DNA from: Desulfuromonadales bacterium
GTDB lineage: Bacteria; Desulfobacterota; Desulfuromonadia; Desulfuromonadales; UBA2197
NCBI GenBank assembly: GCA_034370465.1
Contig: JAXMLA010000192.1
Location: forward strand, 1-58,886
Length of the DNA stretch: 58,886 nucleotides
Direction: 5' to 3'
Positions 29,630 to 39,472 of the stretch are shown here, piece by piece; the stretch's first letter is position 1, and every line of letters starts with the position of its first letter. Made by a program: the position numbers and the translations under genes. Under the pieces are notes generated by a model. That model did no database searches and was not told the origin of the DNA. It saw only the letters and a list, made by a program, of their open reading frames with translations.

Positions 29630-30840
29630 CACTTGTCCTGACATTGGGAGAGTTTCACGACAAATTCCGTACCTTTCCCGAGTTGGCTCTGCACCTCGAT
29701 CACTCCGTCATGTTTCTTGATGATGTCGTAAGTCACCGCCAGGCCCAGCCCCTGCCCCTTGCCGACGACTTTGGTGGTGAAGAAGGGATTCCAGATCTGA
29801 TCAAGCATCTCGGCAGCGATACCGGTGCCGGTATCGATCACCCGCGCCACCACCTGCGAACCCTCGACATCGGTCTCAACCCGCACCGATCCCTTCCCTT
29901 CAATCGCCTGCAAGGCATTGAGCACCAGATTCAAAAAGACTTGGCGTAGTGCACAGGCGTCTCCAAAAATCGGCGGGAGAGGGACAAAAAGATTCTCTTC
30001 GAGAGCGATGTTCTTGTCCCGACCGAGATGACGGACCAGTTCCAGAACTTCGCTGACAATCTCGTTGAGATCGACCCGACCGAAGGCTCCTTCCGATTTA
30101 CGGCTGAAGCTCAGGAGACTGTCGATGATCCCTTTGCAGCGATAGACCTCGCGGACGATGATCTCCAGATAATGCGGGAAATCGGCCAGACGCGGATCGT
30201 CGCTCAAATCGGCAGCCCCGCGAAAGCGGCGCTGCAGGGCTTCGGCATAACCGGCGACCGAGGTCATCGGATTATTGATTTCATGCGCCACCCCGGCTGC
30301 CAGCATGCCGATGCTCGACAGCTTCTCCGCCTGCAGAAGCTGTAACTCCTGAGCGCGGCGTTCGCTCACATCCCGAATCAACAGGAGGGCTTGATTCCCG
30401 GCCAGGGGGTCGGCAATCGGGGTGGCGGTGACATCAAAAAAGAGATTATTACCGCCACGCTTGGCGATGGAGAAGGACATCTGGCAACTCTCGCCGCGCA
30501 GAGCCCGACCGACCGGACAGCTGGCATGGTCTTCAGGGCGGTCGGGATGGAAAAGGACCCGGCAATCCGTGCCGATCATGCTCTCCTCGGCAAAGAGGCG
30601 GGGCGCCAGCTGGTTGCGATACTGTACCAGACTGTCCCGGTCGTAAATGATCACGCAGTCGCCGATGGCATCGAAGACCGCTTGCAATTCGGACTTCTTG
30701 GTGCGCAGGCTCTGGTTGGCGGCTTCCAGTTCCGCAATCTTCTCCTTGACCTCGGCATAGAAGCCGATCTTGCCGGTCTCGATCCCCATGAGGCTATCGA
30801 GAAACTTGTCGTCGATCGCTGCGGACTTGATCTCTTTCAT
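29629..30840 (-). CDS. PAS sensor histidine kinase (ErcS-like N-terminus)
   Basis: AHEINNPM, NLVLNA, DTGTG, PFFTTK; translationally coupled on both sides. Confidence 0.9.
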
Positions 30841-32000
30841 TAAAACGCTCGTTTCAATAGCGCCAACAGATCGTCTTCGTCCGTCACCCGCGGTGAGGTG
30901 AGGAGACAGACATCCCGGCTGGCGCGCTCCGCCAGCACTGGCAAATCTTCCTCCCTGACCCCGAGATGACGCAGACTCCGCGGCGTGCCGCCGGCTTCGA
31001 GAAGGGTATTGATCGTCTCCTGAGTCATCTCCTCCATCATCCGCGAGTCGCTCTCCGGCCGGTGACCGAGGGCGGCCGCCATCTCCGGCAGTTTTTCCTG
31101 AACGACCGGGAAGTCGTAGCGCAGCACCTCGGGAAGGAGGACAGCGTTGACACTGCCGTGGTTGGCATCGTAAAGCCCGCCGATCGGATGGGCCAGGGCA
31201 TGGCCGATGCCGAGGAGCGAATTCGAGAAGGCCATACCGGCATGGAGACTGGCCCGCGCCAGGTTCTCCAGATCGTGCGGGTTGCGCTCGCGCACCGCCG
31301 GGCCGAGGCTGCGCGTCAACAGGGTCAGGGCGCGCAGGGCGTTGACATCGGTCAGGGTCGAGGACGCCAGGGAGAAATAGGCTTCGACCGCGTGACTGAG
31401 GGAGTCGATCGCCGTCGCTCCGACATGCTCATCAGGGAGGGTACGGAGAGTGTCCGGGTCGGTAAGGCTGATATCCGGGGCGACACAGCGGCTCATGATC
31501 GTGAATTTGCACTGCTCCTGGCTATCGTTGACAATCACGAACTGGGAAACATCCGAGCCGGTGCCGCAGGTCGTCGGGCAAAGGACCAGGGGAGGAAGTG
31601 GACGGTGAATCCGGTCGGTCCCGGCGTATTCCCGAATCTTCCCGCCATTGGAGACGAGGATGGCAATTCCCTTGGCCGCATCCATGGCGCTGCCGCCGCC
31701 GAGGCCGACGATCACATCCGCCCCCTGGGTGATATATTCGCGGGCGCCGGCTTCGATTTCGTAATCCTTGGGATTGGAGGTCACCTGATCAAAATAGACA
31801 AAGGTTAAGCCGGCCGCGAGCAGGCTTTTCATCACCTGGTCGACCAAGCCGGCCGCGAAGAGCCCCTGATCGCTGACCAGAAAGACCTTTTTGCCGCCGA
31901 GCCGGCGGGCACAGACGCCGGCCTGGTCGAGGAGCCCCCGGCCGAAGATGATTTCGGGGACTTCAAATTTACAGTGATGGTGCGGTTCTTCCCAATTCAT
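30840..32000 (-). CDS. Iron-containing ADH family protein, ErcA-like
   Basis: KFEVPEIIFG, GGGSAMD, PTTCGTGSDVSQFVI, AFSNSLLG..HALAH, HG. Confidence 0.85.
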   Translation of the reverse strand: MNWEEPHHHCKFEVPEIIFGRGLLDQAGVCARRLGGKKVFLVSDQGLFAAGLVDQVMKSLLAAGLTFVYFDQVTSNPKDYEIEAGAREYITQGADVIVGLGGGSAMDAAKGIAILVSNGGKIREYAGTDRIHRPLPPLVLCPTTCGTGSDVSQFVIVNDSQEQCKFTIMSRCVAPDISLTDPDTLRTLPDEHVGATAIDSLSHAVEAYFSLASSTLTDVNALRALTLLTRSLGPAVRERNPHDLENLARASLHAGMAFSNSLLGIGHALAHPIGGLYDANHGSVNAVLLPEVLRYDFPVVQEKLPEMAAALGHRPESDSRMMEEMTQETINTLLEAGGTPRSLRHLGVREEDLPVLAERASRDVCLLTSPRVTDEDDLLALLKRAF

Positions 32001-32091
32001 TGAGGCTCTCCAGAGAACGCTGTCATCGTGCGCCAGTTGGTAAGGGGCACTTTCCGCGTTATGCCATGAATAAAACACCTAATGCTGTCTT

Positions 32092-32107
32092 AGCAAAACC
32101 CGTACCC
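32092..32107 (-). promoter_or_regulatory. Probable sigma54 promoter of the ErcA-like/kinase/regulator/moaA operon
   Basis: GGGTAC-GGGTT-TTGCT (GG-N10-GC spacing correct, imperfect -24). Confidence 0.6.
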
Positions 32108-32173
32108 AATATGCAAACATGGTTATATTTATCTTCGCGTTTATAACATGGCCACCTATCCCGGCGAAGTCAG

Positions 32174-32208
32174 GCGGGAGTTTCTCTACGCTGTAGCACC
32201 TTTCCCCA
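32174..32208. promoter_or_regulatory. Paired 16-bp putative enhancer sites in the divergent promoter region
   Basis: GCGGGAGTTTCTCTAC-gct-GTAGCACCTTTCCCCA, same geometry as 8824..8858. Confidence 0.62.
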
Positions 32209-32488
32209 CCTGCCAGTATAACCTATTTCCCCATTCTGGGTACCCCCCCTGCAATCAGCAAAATTATCACATCCACGGATTGTGAAATTCCGCTAACTAT
32301 CAGAAAAACAAAAAGTTTTAAAATATTTGCGACGAAGCAGGCGAGCGCAACTGCGACATAACCCTTTTCTTGCAGATCATGGTCGGAGCCGTGCCCCTAT
32401 CCTCTTTCTCCCCACTTCAAGCCGATTGCCTCGGTCGTTTTGGAAAGAATGGTCCCTTCGGACCAGAAAAAACCACTGTTTTATTCAT

Positions 32489-32504
32489 TGGCACCACGGT
32501 TGCA
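32489..32504 (+). promoter_or_regulatory. sigma54 promoter of the DUF4242/channel/porin operon
   Basis: TGGCAC-CACGG-TTGCA, perfect consensus. Confidence 0.85.
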
Positions 32505-32742
32505 GATTCAGCTGCAACCCGAGAATTCGCTCATTACGCGACAGCAAATGCCCCCTGAGAATCGGGACGTTTGACTGGCAAGCAGCCCAAGAAAGGAGGC
32601 ATAGAAGAATATTCCGGGGAACCGACAGGGATCAGCGCTGATTTCCTGACAGGTTCGTCAGGCCAGAGCAGGGAGCGATTCGTTCAAATAACCTTCTCAA
32701 TTGTGTTCTTCATCCAGGTAGTCATGAAGGAAGGAGTCGAAA

Positions 32743-33018
32743 ATGCCAAAGTTTGTTATCGAGAGGGAGATTTTCGGTGCTGGCCAGCTGAGCGCCAGTG
32801 ACCTGACCGCTATCTCCCAAAAGTCCTGCGGGATCCTGCAACAACTCGGTCCGCAGATCCAGTGGGTGGAGAGCTTTGTCACCGCTGACAAGATTTACTG
32901 TGTGTACATTGCGCCGAGCGCCGAGATGATCCGCGATCACGCCCGCAAGGGGGGATTTCCGGCCAACAGTGTATCGGAAGTGCTGACGATGATCGATCCG
33001 ACCACGTCGGAAGAGTAG
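32743..33018 (+). CDS. DUF4242 family protein
   Basis: MPKFVIEREI.GAG.LS...IQWVESFVT.DKIYCVY.AP...H...GGFPAN. Confidence 0.85.
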   Translation: MPKFVIEREIFGAGQLSASDLTAISQKSCGILQQLGPQIQWVESFVTADKIYCVYIAPSAEMIRDHARKGGFPANSVSEVLTMIDPTTSEE

Positions 33019-33063
33019 TTCACCATTTACGCAGCCGCACCTGAGACTGCAAGGAGGAGTTCC

Positions 33064-33594
33064 ATGACTTTACCATTGCTTTTGCTCATCTGCATGATGT
33101 GGGTCCCCGTCGGTCTTTTTTTTCTCGGCTATGGCGAGGCGAGGAGTACCGCTTTTGTCACCGCCATTGTCGGCACCGTCGTCATTATCGGCGCGATCCT
33201 GCAGGCAGCGATCTTTGCTGACCCCTTTACCGCCGGACTCCTCTTCGTCTTTGGCGTTCTTTATCTGCAGACCGCGCATGCGCTGTGGACGGGATTGACC
33301 GATATGCGTTCGGTCGGCAACGGCGCCCTGGTCGTCGCCATCGTTTGTGCCATGTATGCTTTTCTCTTCTTCACCGGCGGCGGCGTCAAAGCCGATGGCA
33401 GCCCGATCATCGGCATTACCCCCTATCTCGGCTTCATGAACGTGACCTTTGTCGTCATCTGCCTCACCGTGGTCGGTGTGACTTACGGCAAACTCAGCGC
33501 CAAGCTGGCGGCGTATATGTTTCTGGTCCTCAGCTTCACCTGCCTCTTTGTCCCGGCGATCGGGCTTATGGGTTACGGGAAACTTCCCTTTTAA
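33064..33594 (+). CDS. Small polytopic membrane protein, AmiS/UreI channel-like
   Basis: About 6 hydrophobic segments; LLFVFGVLYL and DMRSVGN resemble the AmiS/UreI pattern. Confidence 0.6.
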   Translation: MTLPLLLLICMMWVPVGLFFLGYGEARSTAFVTAIVGTVVIIGAILQAAIFADPFTAGLLFVFGVLYLQTAHALWTGLTDMRSVGNGALVVAIVCAMYAFLFFTGGGVKADGSPIIGITPYLGFMNVTFVVICLTVVGVTYGKLSAKLAAYMFLVLSFTCLFVPAIGLMGYGKLPF

Positions 33595-33657
33595 TCATTG
33601 CCGGCGACGGTCAACGACACGCCACCTCTGACAACTTTCCATGGAAAAGGAGAATTT

Positions 33658-34779
33658 ATGAAATCGCTGCAACGACTCAAAGCTTTGCTCCCCTGCCTGC
33701 TGGTCCTGGCCCTCTGTGTGCCGGCTTCCGCCGCCATCACCCTGTACGACAAAGAGAACACAACCTTCAGCACCGACGGCTCGTTTAACACCTTCTATGT
33801 CTATAGCGACGACGATGCCGGCCAGACTCAATCCCGGGTCAAAATGGGTTTTCTCCCCAACTATATCGGCTTTAATTTCGGCAAGCAGGCCGGCAACCTG
33901 AAACTCGGCGGTCGCTCGTCCTTCTGGGTCACGATCAACGACAGTGATGCGGCCGGCACCTCCACCGGGATCGATGTTCGTCAGTTCTACGGCACCGTCG
34001 ATGCCGACTGGGGCCAGGTCCTCTTCGGCAAAGACTTCACCCTCTTTAACCGCTCCAACATCTTTCTTGACGAGATTCTCCAGGGCTTCGGTAAATCGGC
34101 TGGCGTTCCCGGCATTGATACCGATGGCGTCTCTTTCGGCAATATCGGCTCGGGCTACACCTATCCGCTCCCCTCCGCCCAGATCACTTATCGCACCCCT
34201 GACCTGGCCGGCTTCAAATTGGCGGTCGGCATCATCGATCCCTCCCGCACCTCCGGGGCTGGCGGCGAAGAGACAACACCGCGCATCGAAGGGGAATTGA
34301 CTTTCAACAAAAGCATTGGTCAGGGCTCGGTCACCGCCTGGGGGGGTTTTCTGACCCAGAAATCCGAAAAAGGGGCCAGCGGTGATGTCGATTCGCAAGG
34401 CCTCTCCTACGGTCTCAACGGCAAAATTGCCGGCTTCAGTCTCACCGGTTCCGGTTTCACCGGCAAAGGGATCGGCAAGGTTCTCGGACCTGGTTTAGCT
34501 GTCGATCCGCTCCTTGAAGCCGGGGATGAAGTCGACAGCAATGGTTATCTCGTGCAGGCTTCCTACACCATCGACAAGGTCAAACTGGTCGGTTCCTACG
34601 GCAAGAGCAAGCTTGAGACCGCGGTAGAAACGGAAGACGAAACTATCGTCGGGGCTATTTTTTATTCGATCAATGACTATCTCAAACTCGCCGCTGAATA
34701 TAATGTCCAGACCATCACCACCGGCAGCGTCGACAATGAAATCAATACCGTGGCTTTAGGTGCAATCCTCAACTTCTAG
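33658..34779 (+). CDS. Outer-membrane porin
   Basis: Signal peptide (ASA-A), beta-rich sequence, SRVKMGFLPN, C-terminal Phe. Confidence 0.88.
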   Translation: MKSLQRLKALLPCLLVLALCVPASAAITLYDKENTTFSTDGSFNTFYVYSDDDAGQTQSRVKMGFLPNYIGFNFGKQAGNLKLGGRSSFWVTINDSDAAGTSTGIDVRQFYGTVDADWGQVLFGKDFTLFNRSNIFLDEILQGFGKSAGVPGIDTDGVSFGNIGSGYTYPLPSAQITYRTPDLAGFKLAVGIIDPSRTSGAGGEETTPRIEGELTFNKSIGQGSVTAWGGFLTQKSEKGASGDVDSQGLSYGLNGKIAGFSLTGSGFTGKGIGKVLGPGLAVDPLLEAGDEVDSNGYLVQASYTIDKVKLVGSYGKSKLETAVETEDETIVGAIFYSINDYLKLAAEYNVQTITTGSVDNEINTVALGAILNF

Positions 34780-34843
34780 GCTAAAGATACCCCCCTGCTG
34801 GCAGGGGGACAAAGATAAAGTAAATAGATAAGGTAGAAAGCCC

Positions 34844-34882
34844 CCCCTGCCCAGCAGGGGGGGTGCCCGAAGGGGGGGGGTC
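34844..34882. repeat. G/C-rich palindromic dispersed repeat, copy 2
   Basis: CCCCTGCCCAGCAGGGGGGGTGCCCGAAGGGGGGGGGTC; partial copy at ~34790..34810. Confidence 0.7.
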
Positions 34883-34912
34883 TTTCCCGCCGCCAACGAA
34901 AGGACCACCGTT

Positions 34913-36229
34913 TTGACCATCAATGCAACCAGCGACCATCCCGCCCTCCGTCCTTATCCTTCCAAGCTCTTCGTCGAGATCACCTCGCGCTGCAACCTCG
35001 GTTGCTTCATGTGTGTCAAGCAGACCGGCGGCGGTTGCATTGCCGAGGGGGATCTGAGCGCGGCACACTTCGCGGCTTTGGAACCGGCCTTTCCGACCCT
35101 GGAGGCTTTGCTCCTCAACGGCGTCGGCGAACCCCTCCTCCACCCGCACCTCGAAGCTTTCATCCGTCGCGCCAAAGAGCTGATGCCGACGGGAAGTACC
35201 GTCGGCTTCCAGTCGAACGGTCTCCTCCTCACACCGCAGCGCGCCCTCGCCCTGGCGGAGGCCGGACTTGACCGCATCTGCCTGTCGGTCGATGCCAGCA
35301 CCCCGGAGATCTTCCGCCAACTGCGCCGGGGCGGTGAGCTGCCGGCCATCGACAGAGCCTTTGCCGCTCTGCAGCGCGCCAGGGAAACCAGCGGCCGGGA
35401 TGATCTGCAGGTCGGCGCCGAAGTGGTGGTGATGCGCGACAATCTCTCCGCCCTGCCGGCGACTCTGGAGTGGGCCGCCCAACGCGGCGCCACCTTCGCC
35501 ATCGTCACCCACATCCTCCCCTACGAACAGGCCCACGCCGGTCAGGCTGTCTACGTCCCCTGTACCGATGCCGCCATCGCCCACTTTCAACAGTGGCAGG
35601 AGCGAGCCCGTCTGGAAGGGGTGGCGATGGAGCGCTACTTCGAGATCCTCTTCAAGTTCGCCAAGAATCCGGAAGAGCAGCGGATCATCGCCTTTGTCGA
35701 GCGGATGAAAGCGGCGGCCGAAGAGGAAGGGCTCTTTCTCGACCTTTCCAAACTCTTCTCCATCGATGTCAGCTGGATAACCCATGTCGAAGAGATCTTC
35801 GCCCAGGCGCGCCGCGTCGCCGAACGCAACCACCTCGAACTGCACCTGCCGCAGGTAGCGCCCAAAGCGAAGAGGCTCTGTCACTTCGTCGAAGAAGGCG
35901 GAGCCTTTGTCTCCTGGCAGGGGGAGATCCATCCCTGCTATTTCCTTTGGCATCAGTACAACTGCTTTGCCAGCGGCTGGCAGCAGCCGGTCCGGCCGAA
36001 AATCTTCGGCCATCTTGATCAAAGCGATATTCTCGCGATCTGGAACGATCCTGCTTTTTGCAGCTTCCGCCACAACGTCACAGGTTACGACTACCCCCAT
36101 TGCATCAGCTGCCGCCTTGCCCCCTGCGACTATGTGCAAGCCGAGGAGTTCGAGCAGGACTGCCACGTCAAGGACGAGCCGTGCGGCAGCTGCCTGTGGT
36201 GCATGGGGCTCTTCCAGTGTTTACGTTAA
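34913..36229 (+). CDS. Radical SAM/SPASM putative metalloenzyme (W-oxidoreductase-associated) maturase
   Basis: CNLGCFMC, GVGEPL, CHFVEEG..PCYFLWH, CISCRLAPC, CGSCLWCMGLFQCLR. Confidence 0.85.
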   Translation: MTINATSDHPALRPYPSKLFVEITSRCNLGCFMCVKQTGGGCIAEGDLSAAHFAALEPAFPTLEALLLNGVGEPLLHPHLEAFIRRAKELMPTGSTVGFQSNGLLLTPQRALALAEAGLDRICLSVDASTPEIFRQLRRGGELPAIDRAFAALQRARETSGRDDLQVGAEVVVMRDNLSALPATLEWAAQRGATFAIVTHILPYEQAHAGQAVYVPCTDAAIAHFQQWQERARLEGVAMERYFEILFKFAKNPEEQRIIAFVERMKAAAEEEGLFLDLSKLFSIDVSWITHVEEIFAQARRVAERNHLELHLPQVAPKAKRLCHFVEEGGAFVSWQGEIHPCYFLWHQYNCFASGWQQPVRPKIFGHLDQSDILAIWNDPAFCSFRHNVTGYDYPHCISCRLAPCDYVQAEEFEQDCHVKDEPCGSCLWCMGLFQCLR

Positions 36230-36997
36230 GCAAGGAATTTTCTAGCAAATTGCGTCATTGAACCGATAGGCTCGTTCATGAGGTAACCGCAGCTCGGACA
36301 GGAGCAGACAAGATCATCGCCAACCTGAACCGCAGCCAGCAGATTCTCCATGTTGCATTGAACTTGATCGAGCGTAGCTGTGCGATTCCCTTCCACAAGC
36401 TGCGGCATGCCGCAGCACTGCTGCTTCGGCACATAGACGATTATACCGTTATGTTCCAGGACCTCCACCGTCGCCCGCCCCACTTCGGGGAAGAGATAGC
36501 CAGCTGTGCAGCCGGCAAAGTAGGCGACGTTTCGCCCCCCTTCTCTCCTTCTGGTCAATCCTTTCTTTTCAGCCCACTGAAAGAAATTCTCTTGCGGAAA
36601 GGTAAGGAATTGCCGCTCGGGATGGAGATGGGTCACTTTTTTAATAGTGAGCTGACCATTTTATTTGACTGCAGGGCGTTCATCAGTTGCGGGAAAGTTC
36701 CGCACAGACGGGCGAGGCGGGGAACATCGGTCAAAAGTCGAATCGTCTGGGGAAGCCCTTCCCGATCGATATAACGGCTCTTGGCCGCCATCAAATCGGC
36801 AGGGATGTGGGGACAAGGACACAAACCGCAGAGGGTACAAAGATCTACCAGGCTGCGCAGCTCCGCTTCGTCAATAGGCCTCCCAAGAGACAATCCACAT
36901 CCATGAGTTCACGGCAGGTGTCGCAGTCGGCGCACAACTCCACGACGCTGCGCACTATTTTCTGAGGGGGGCGATCTTTCGAATCAGTCGGCTTCAT
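36226..36997 (-). pseudogene. Degraded (Fe-S)/CCG-domain oxidoreductase (GlpC/HdrD-like)
   Basis: Three frames carry consecutive pieces: CADCDTCR; CTLCGLCPC; YFAGC..QQCCGMP..CSCPSCG; 3'-truncated. Confidence 0.8.
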
Positions 36998-37369
36998 TTG
37001 TCACCTTAATCTGAGGAGGAGAGAAGATGGACCTGGTGCCGGATTCAACGGCAACCGCCACCAGGCCAGACGGCGGCCGGATAACAGTCGCACTCTTTCT
37101 GAGGGTTTTGAAGAATTGGATATGACTTTTTATAGGCGAACTATATCCGCGTATGCGGATCTGTCAAATCTCTGTTTGTCGCTTCTTAACACTGGAGATG
37201 ATTACAGCAGACCTGTTTCTTTCCGGAAAATCTGAAGTGGTTAAACAATCCCGGACCACACAAATTGCAGAAATATGCTCAAAATAGGTGTGTTAACCCT
37301 GGAATTGACGGAAAGTGCTTCTCTGTGAGAAAATAATGATAGAAAGTGGATACAACGTTTAAGCAATAA

Positions 37370-37650
37370 CAGCTGCGTGGGGCGTCTTTCCTTGCGTCCT
37401 CATCGCCAGCGACCGGACCGATCTTGCGCGAGCGGGAGGTCTCCTGCGTTTCCGATATCTGCACCGGCAGCCCACTGAGCGGGATTCATGTAGGACTTTC
37501 GCTGGCACGGGGTGATTACATCTAAGATTTTACGATCTGGTTTGCGTTCGTTACCTCGATGCAGAGACCCTTCGCTCGGCTGCAGCGCAGCGCGCCCTGC
37601 TCAACTCTCAATACCCCGGAGGATCTCCGGCGCATGGACAAGGAGGCACC
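37370..37650 (+). pseudogene. mobA: Degraded molybdenum cofactor guanylyltransferase
   Basis: Manual translation across frameshifts: VFPCVLIASDRTDLARAG / VSDICTGSPLSGIHVGLSLARGDYI* / RFYDLVCVRYLDAETLR..ALLN / LNTPEDLRR; directly upstream of mobB. Confidence 0.78.
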
Positions 37651-38157
37651 ATGGCCCCCCCTGTTGTATCGATCGTCGCCAAGAGCGGCACCGGCAAGAC
37701 CACCCTGCTGGAGAAGCTGATTGTTGAACTTAAAGCGCGCGGCTACCGCGTCGGTGCCGTCAAGCACGACGCCCACAGCTTCAGTATTGACCACGAGGGG
37801 AAGGATTCCTGGCGATTGACCCAGGCCGGCGCCGATACGACGCTGATCACCTCCCCTGCCAAGGTCGCCATGGTCAAGATGAACGTCGGGGAGGAGCCGG
37901 CGCTGTCAGAAACGATTGCGCGCTACTGTGGCGATCTCGACATCGTCTTGACCGAAGGATTCAAACGCAGCACCATGCCGAAGATTGAAGTCCATCGGCA
38001 GGAGCGCAGCAACGCGTTGTTATGTCGCGGTGAAGAGTTCGATCCCCAGCTTTTCGCGGTTGCCTCCGATACTGATCTGCAACTCGATGTGCCGGTCTTC
38101 GATCTCAATGACGCACCCGGCATCTGCGATCTGATTGTCGCTCGGTTTCTGACATAA
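37651..38157 (+). CDS. mobB: Molybdopterin-guanine dinucleotide biosynthesis protein B
   Basis: AKSGTGKTT, AVKHDAH, GKDSWR, EGFK, PKIEV. Confidence 0.93.
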   Translation: MAPPVVSIVAKSGTGKTTLLEKLIVELKARGYRVGAVKHDAHSFSIDHEGKDSWRLTQAGADTTLITSPAKVAMVKMNVGEEPALSETIARYCGDLDIVLTEGFKRSTMPKIEVHRQERSNALLCRGEEFDPQLFAVASDTDLQLDVPVFDLNDAPGICDLIVARFLT

Positions 38158-38608
38158 GTCGTTTGCAGGTGCGCTCGAAAATTTGGCTGGAATTTGACGG
38201 CGAACCATTTCTCGGCGCTGGCCGCGAGCGAATTTTACGCCTCATCCATCAGCGGAACGATCAACGCCGCTGCTCAGGAGTTGGGTCTCTCTTGCCGCAA
38301 GGGCATAGAGCCAGCTTAAAGCCATGACGGTGAAACCGCTCCCCCCGTTGCTGTCCCGCTGACTTCGGCCGCCGGCCGTATCCTCGACACCCCCCTCATT
38401 GCCAGCAGAAATCTGCCGCCGAGTGAGACGGGTATGCCTTCTCTTGGTCCGAAGATATTCTCGAAAAGAAAGCCGTTGGCTGTTATCGATTTTGTTGCCG
38501 CCGGGCACGCCCGCCAGCTTCCGGTTCCCGGCCCGTAGTACGGTCAAGATCATGACGGGTGCCTGGAGGACAATATAATCTTATTCGCCGGGATTTTTCT
38601 GCTGTCCT

Positions 38609-38900
38609 TTATTCTCTAGTCGGACAATCGAAGGAAATATATCCAAGGAAGGTGATGATCAGTGGTTGATAGCGCAGCTCGGGCTCAAGTCCATGCTCCC
38701 AATTCCAGATCGACGAGGTGGTGACGCCGATGATTTTGGCAATGTTTTTCTGGTGCAGACCGAGTTCAAGGCGGCGCCGCCGGAGGTAATCGCCGAGAGT
38801 GATGGGGGTTGGTAAAAGCTCTAAAACATTGGGAATATTCAGTGGAATTGAGAGGTTATAACCAAGACGCTGTTCGTTTAAAAAGTAGGAAAAGCTATAC
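38609..38900 (-). pseudogene. XRE-family HTH remnant with no canonical start codon
   Basis: Manual translation: ...[58 protein letters not shown]...*. Confidence 0.72.
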
Positions 38901-38904
38901 GCAA

Positions 38905-39147
38905 CGCTGTCCCTGCGGCTATCTCGGCGACAGGCACCGCCTCCTCAAACTCGTCACCGAGCGCCTCGGCCTCTCCGCCCGCAGCTATTCGCGCATCCTC
39001 AAGGTCGCACGGACGATTGCCGATCTCGATCGCTCCGAGCATATTCGTGAGCAGCATCTCGCCGAGGCGATTCAGTATCGGAGTCTGGATCGGCGGATGG
39101 GTAATAGACAATCCCATCTTCTGAGTAACTTCAAGCTAACTACCTGA
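38905..39147 (+). pseudogene. comM: ComM/YifB (Mg-chelatase-like ATPase) 3' fragment with internal deletion
   Basis: CPCGYLGD joined almost directly to [21 protein letters not shown]...HLAEAIQYR. Confidence 0.82.
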
Positions 39148-39472
39148 AATCACATATTCAGACAATATGAAGTTTCTCTCTGACGACCAGGCCGGTACGA
39201 GATATAGCGAGATCTACCTTGACGGCTGTGCGCTTAACATGTATTTTTTACACATGAATTTTTCCCCGCAGCCAGTTTCCCCTCCCCGTTCGATCTCTGT
39301 ATTGAAAGATTGCATCGCCGTCAAGCCCCTCTTCCGGCTTCTTCCGCCCTGATCTTCGCAACTAACATACAGTTCCTTCTTACCACTAACGCTATTAATC
39401 CCTCCACCGCTGCGGCGACATGCCCTAGTGGGGCGTGACGCTTTCCTGTTAATTTTTTCTTGAAGGATTCAC

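Noticed and set aside
32540-32600. GCAAA...GGGACG resembling a GEMM-I cyclic dinucleotide riboswitch
   Set aside because: No convincing GAAA-tetraloop stem or second hairpin
37503-37518. TGGCACG resembling a sigma54 -24 box before mobB
   Set aside because: No GC at -12, and it lies inside the mobA pseudogene
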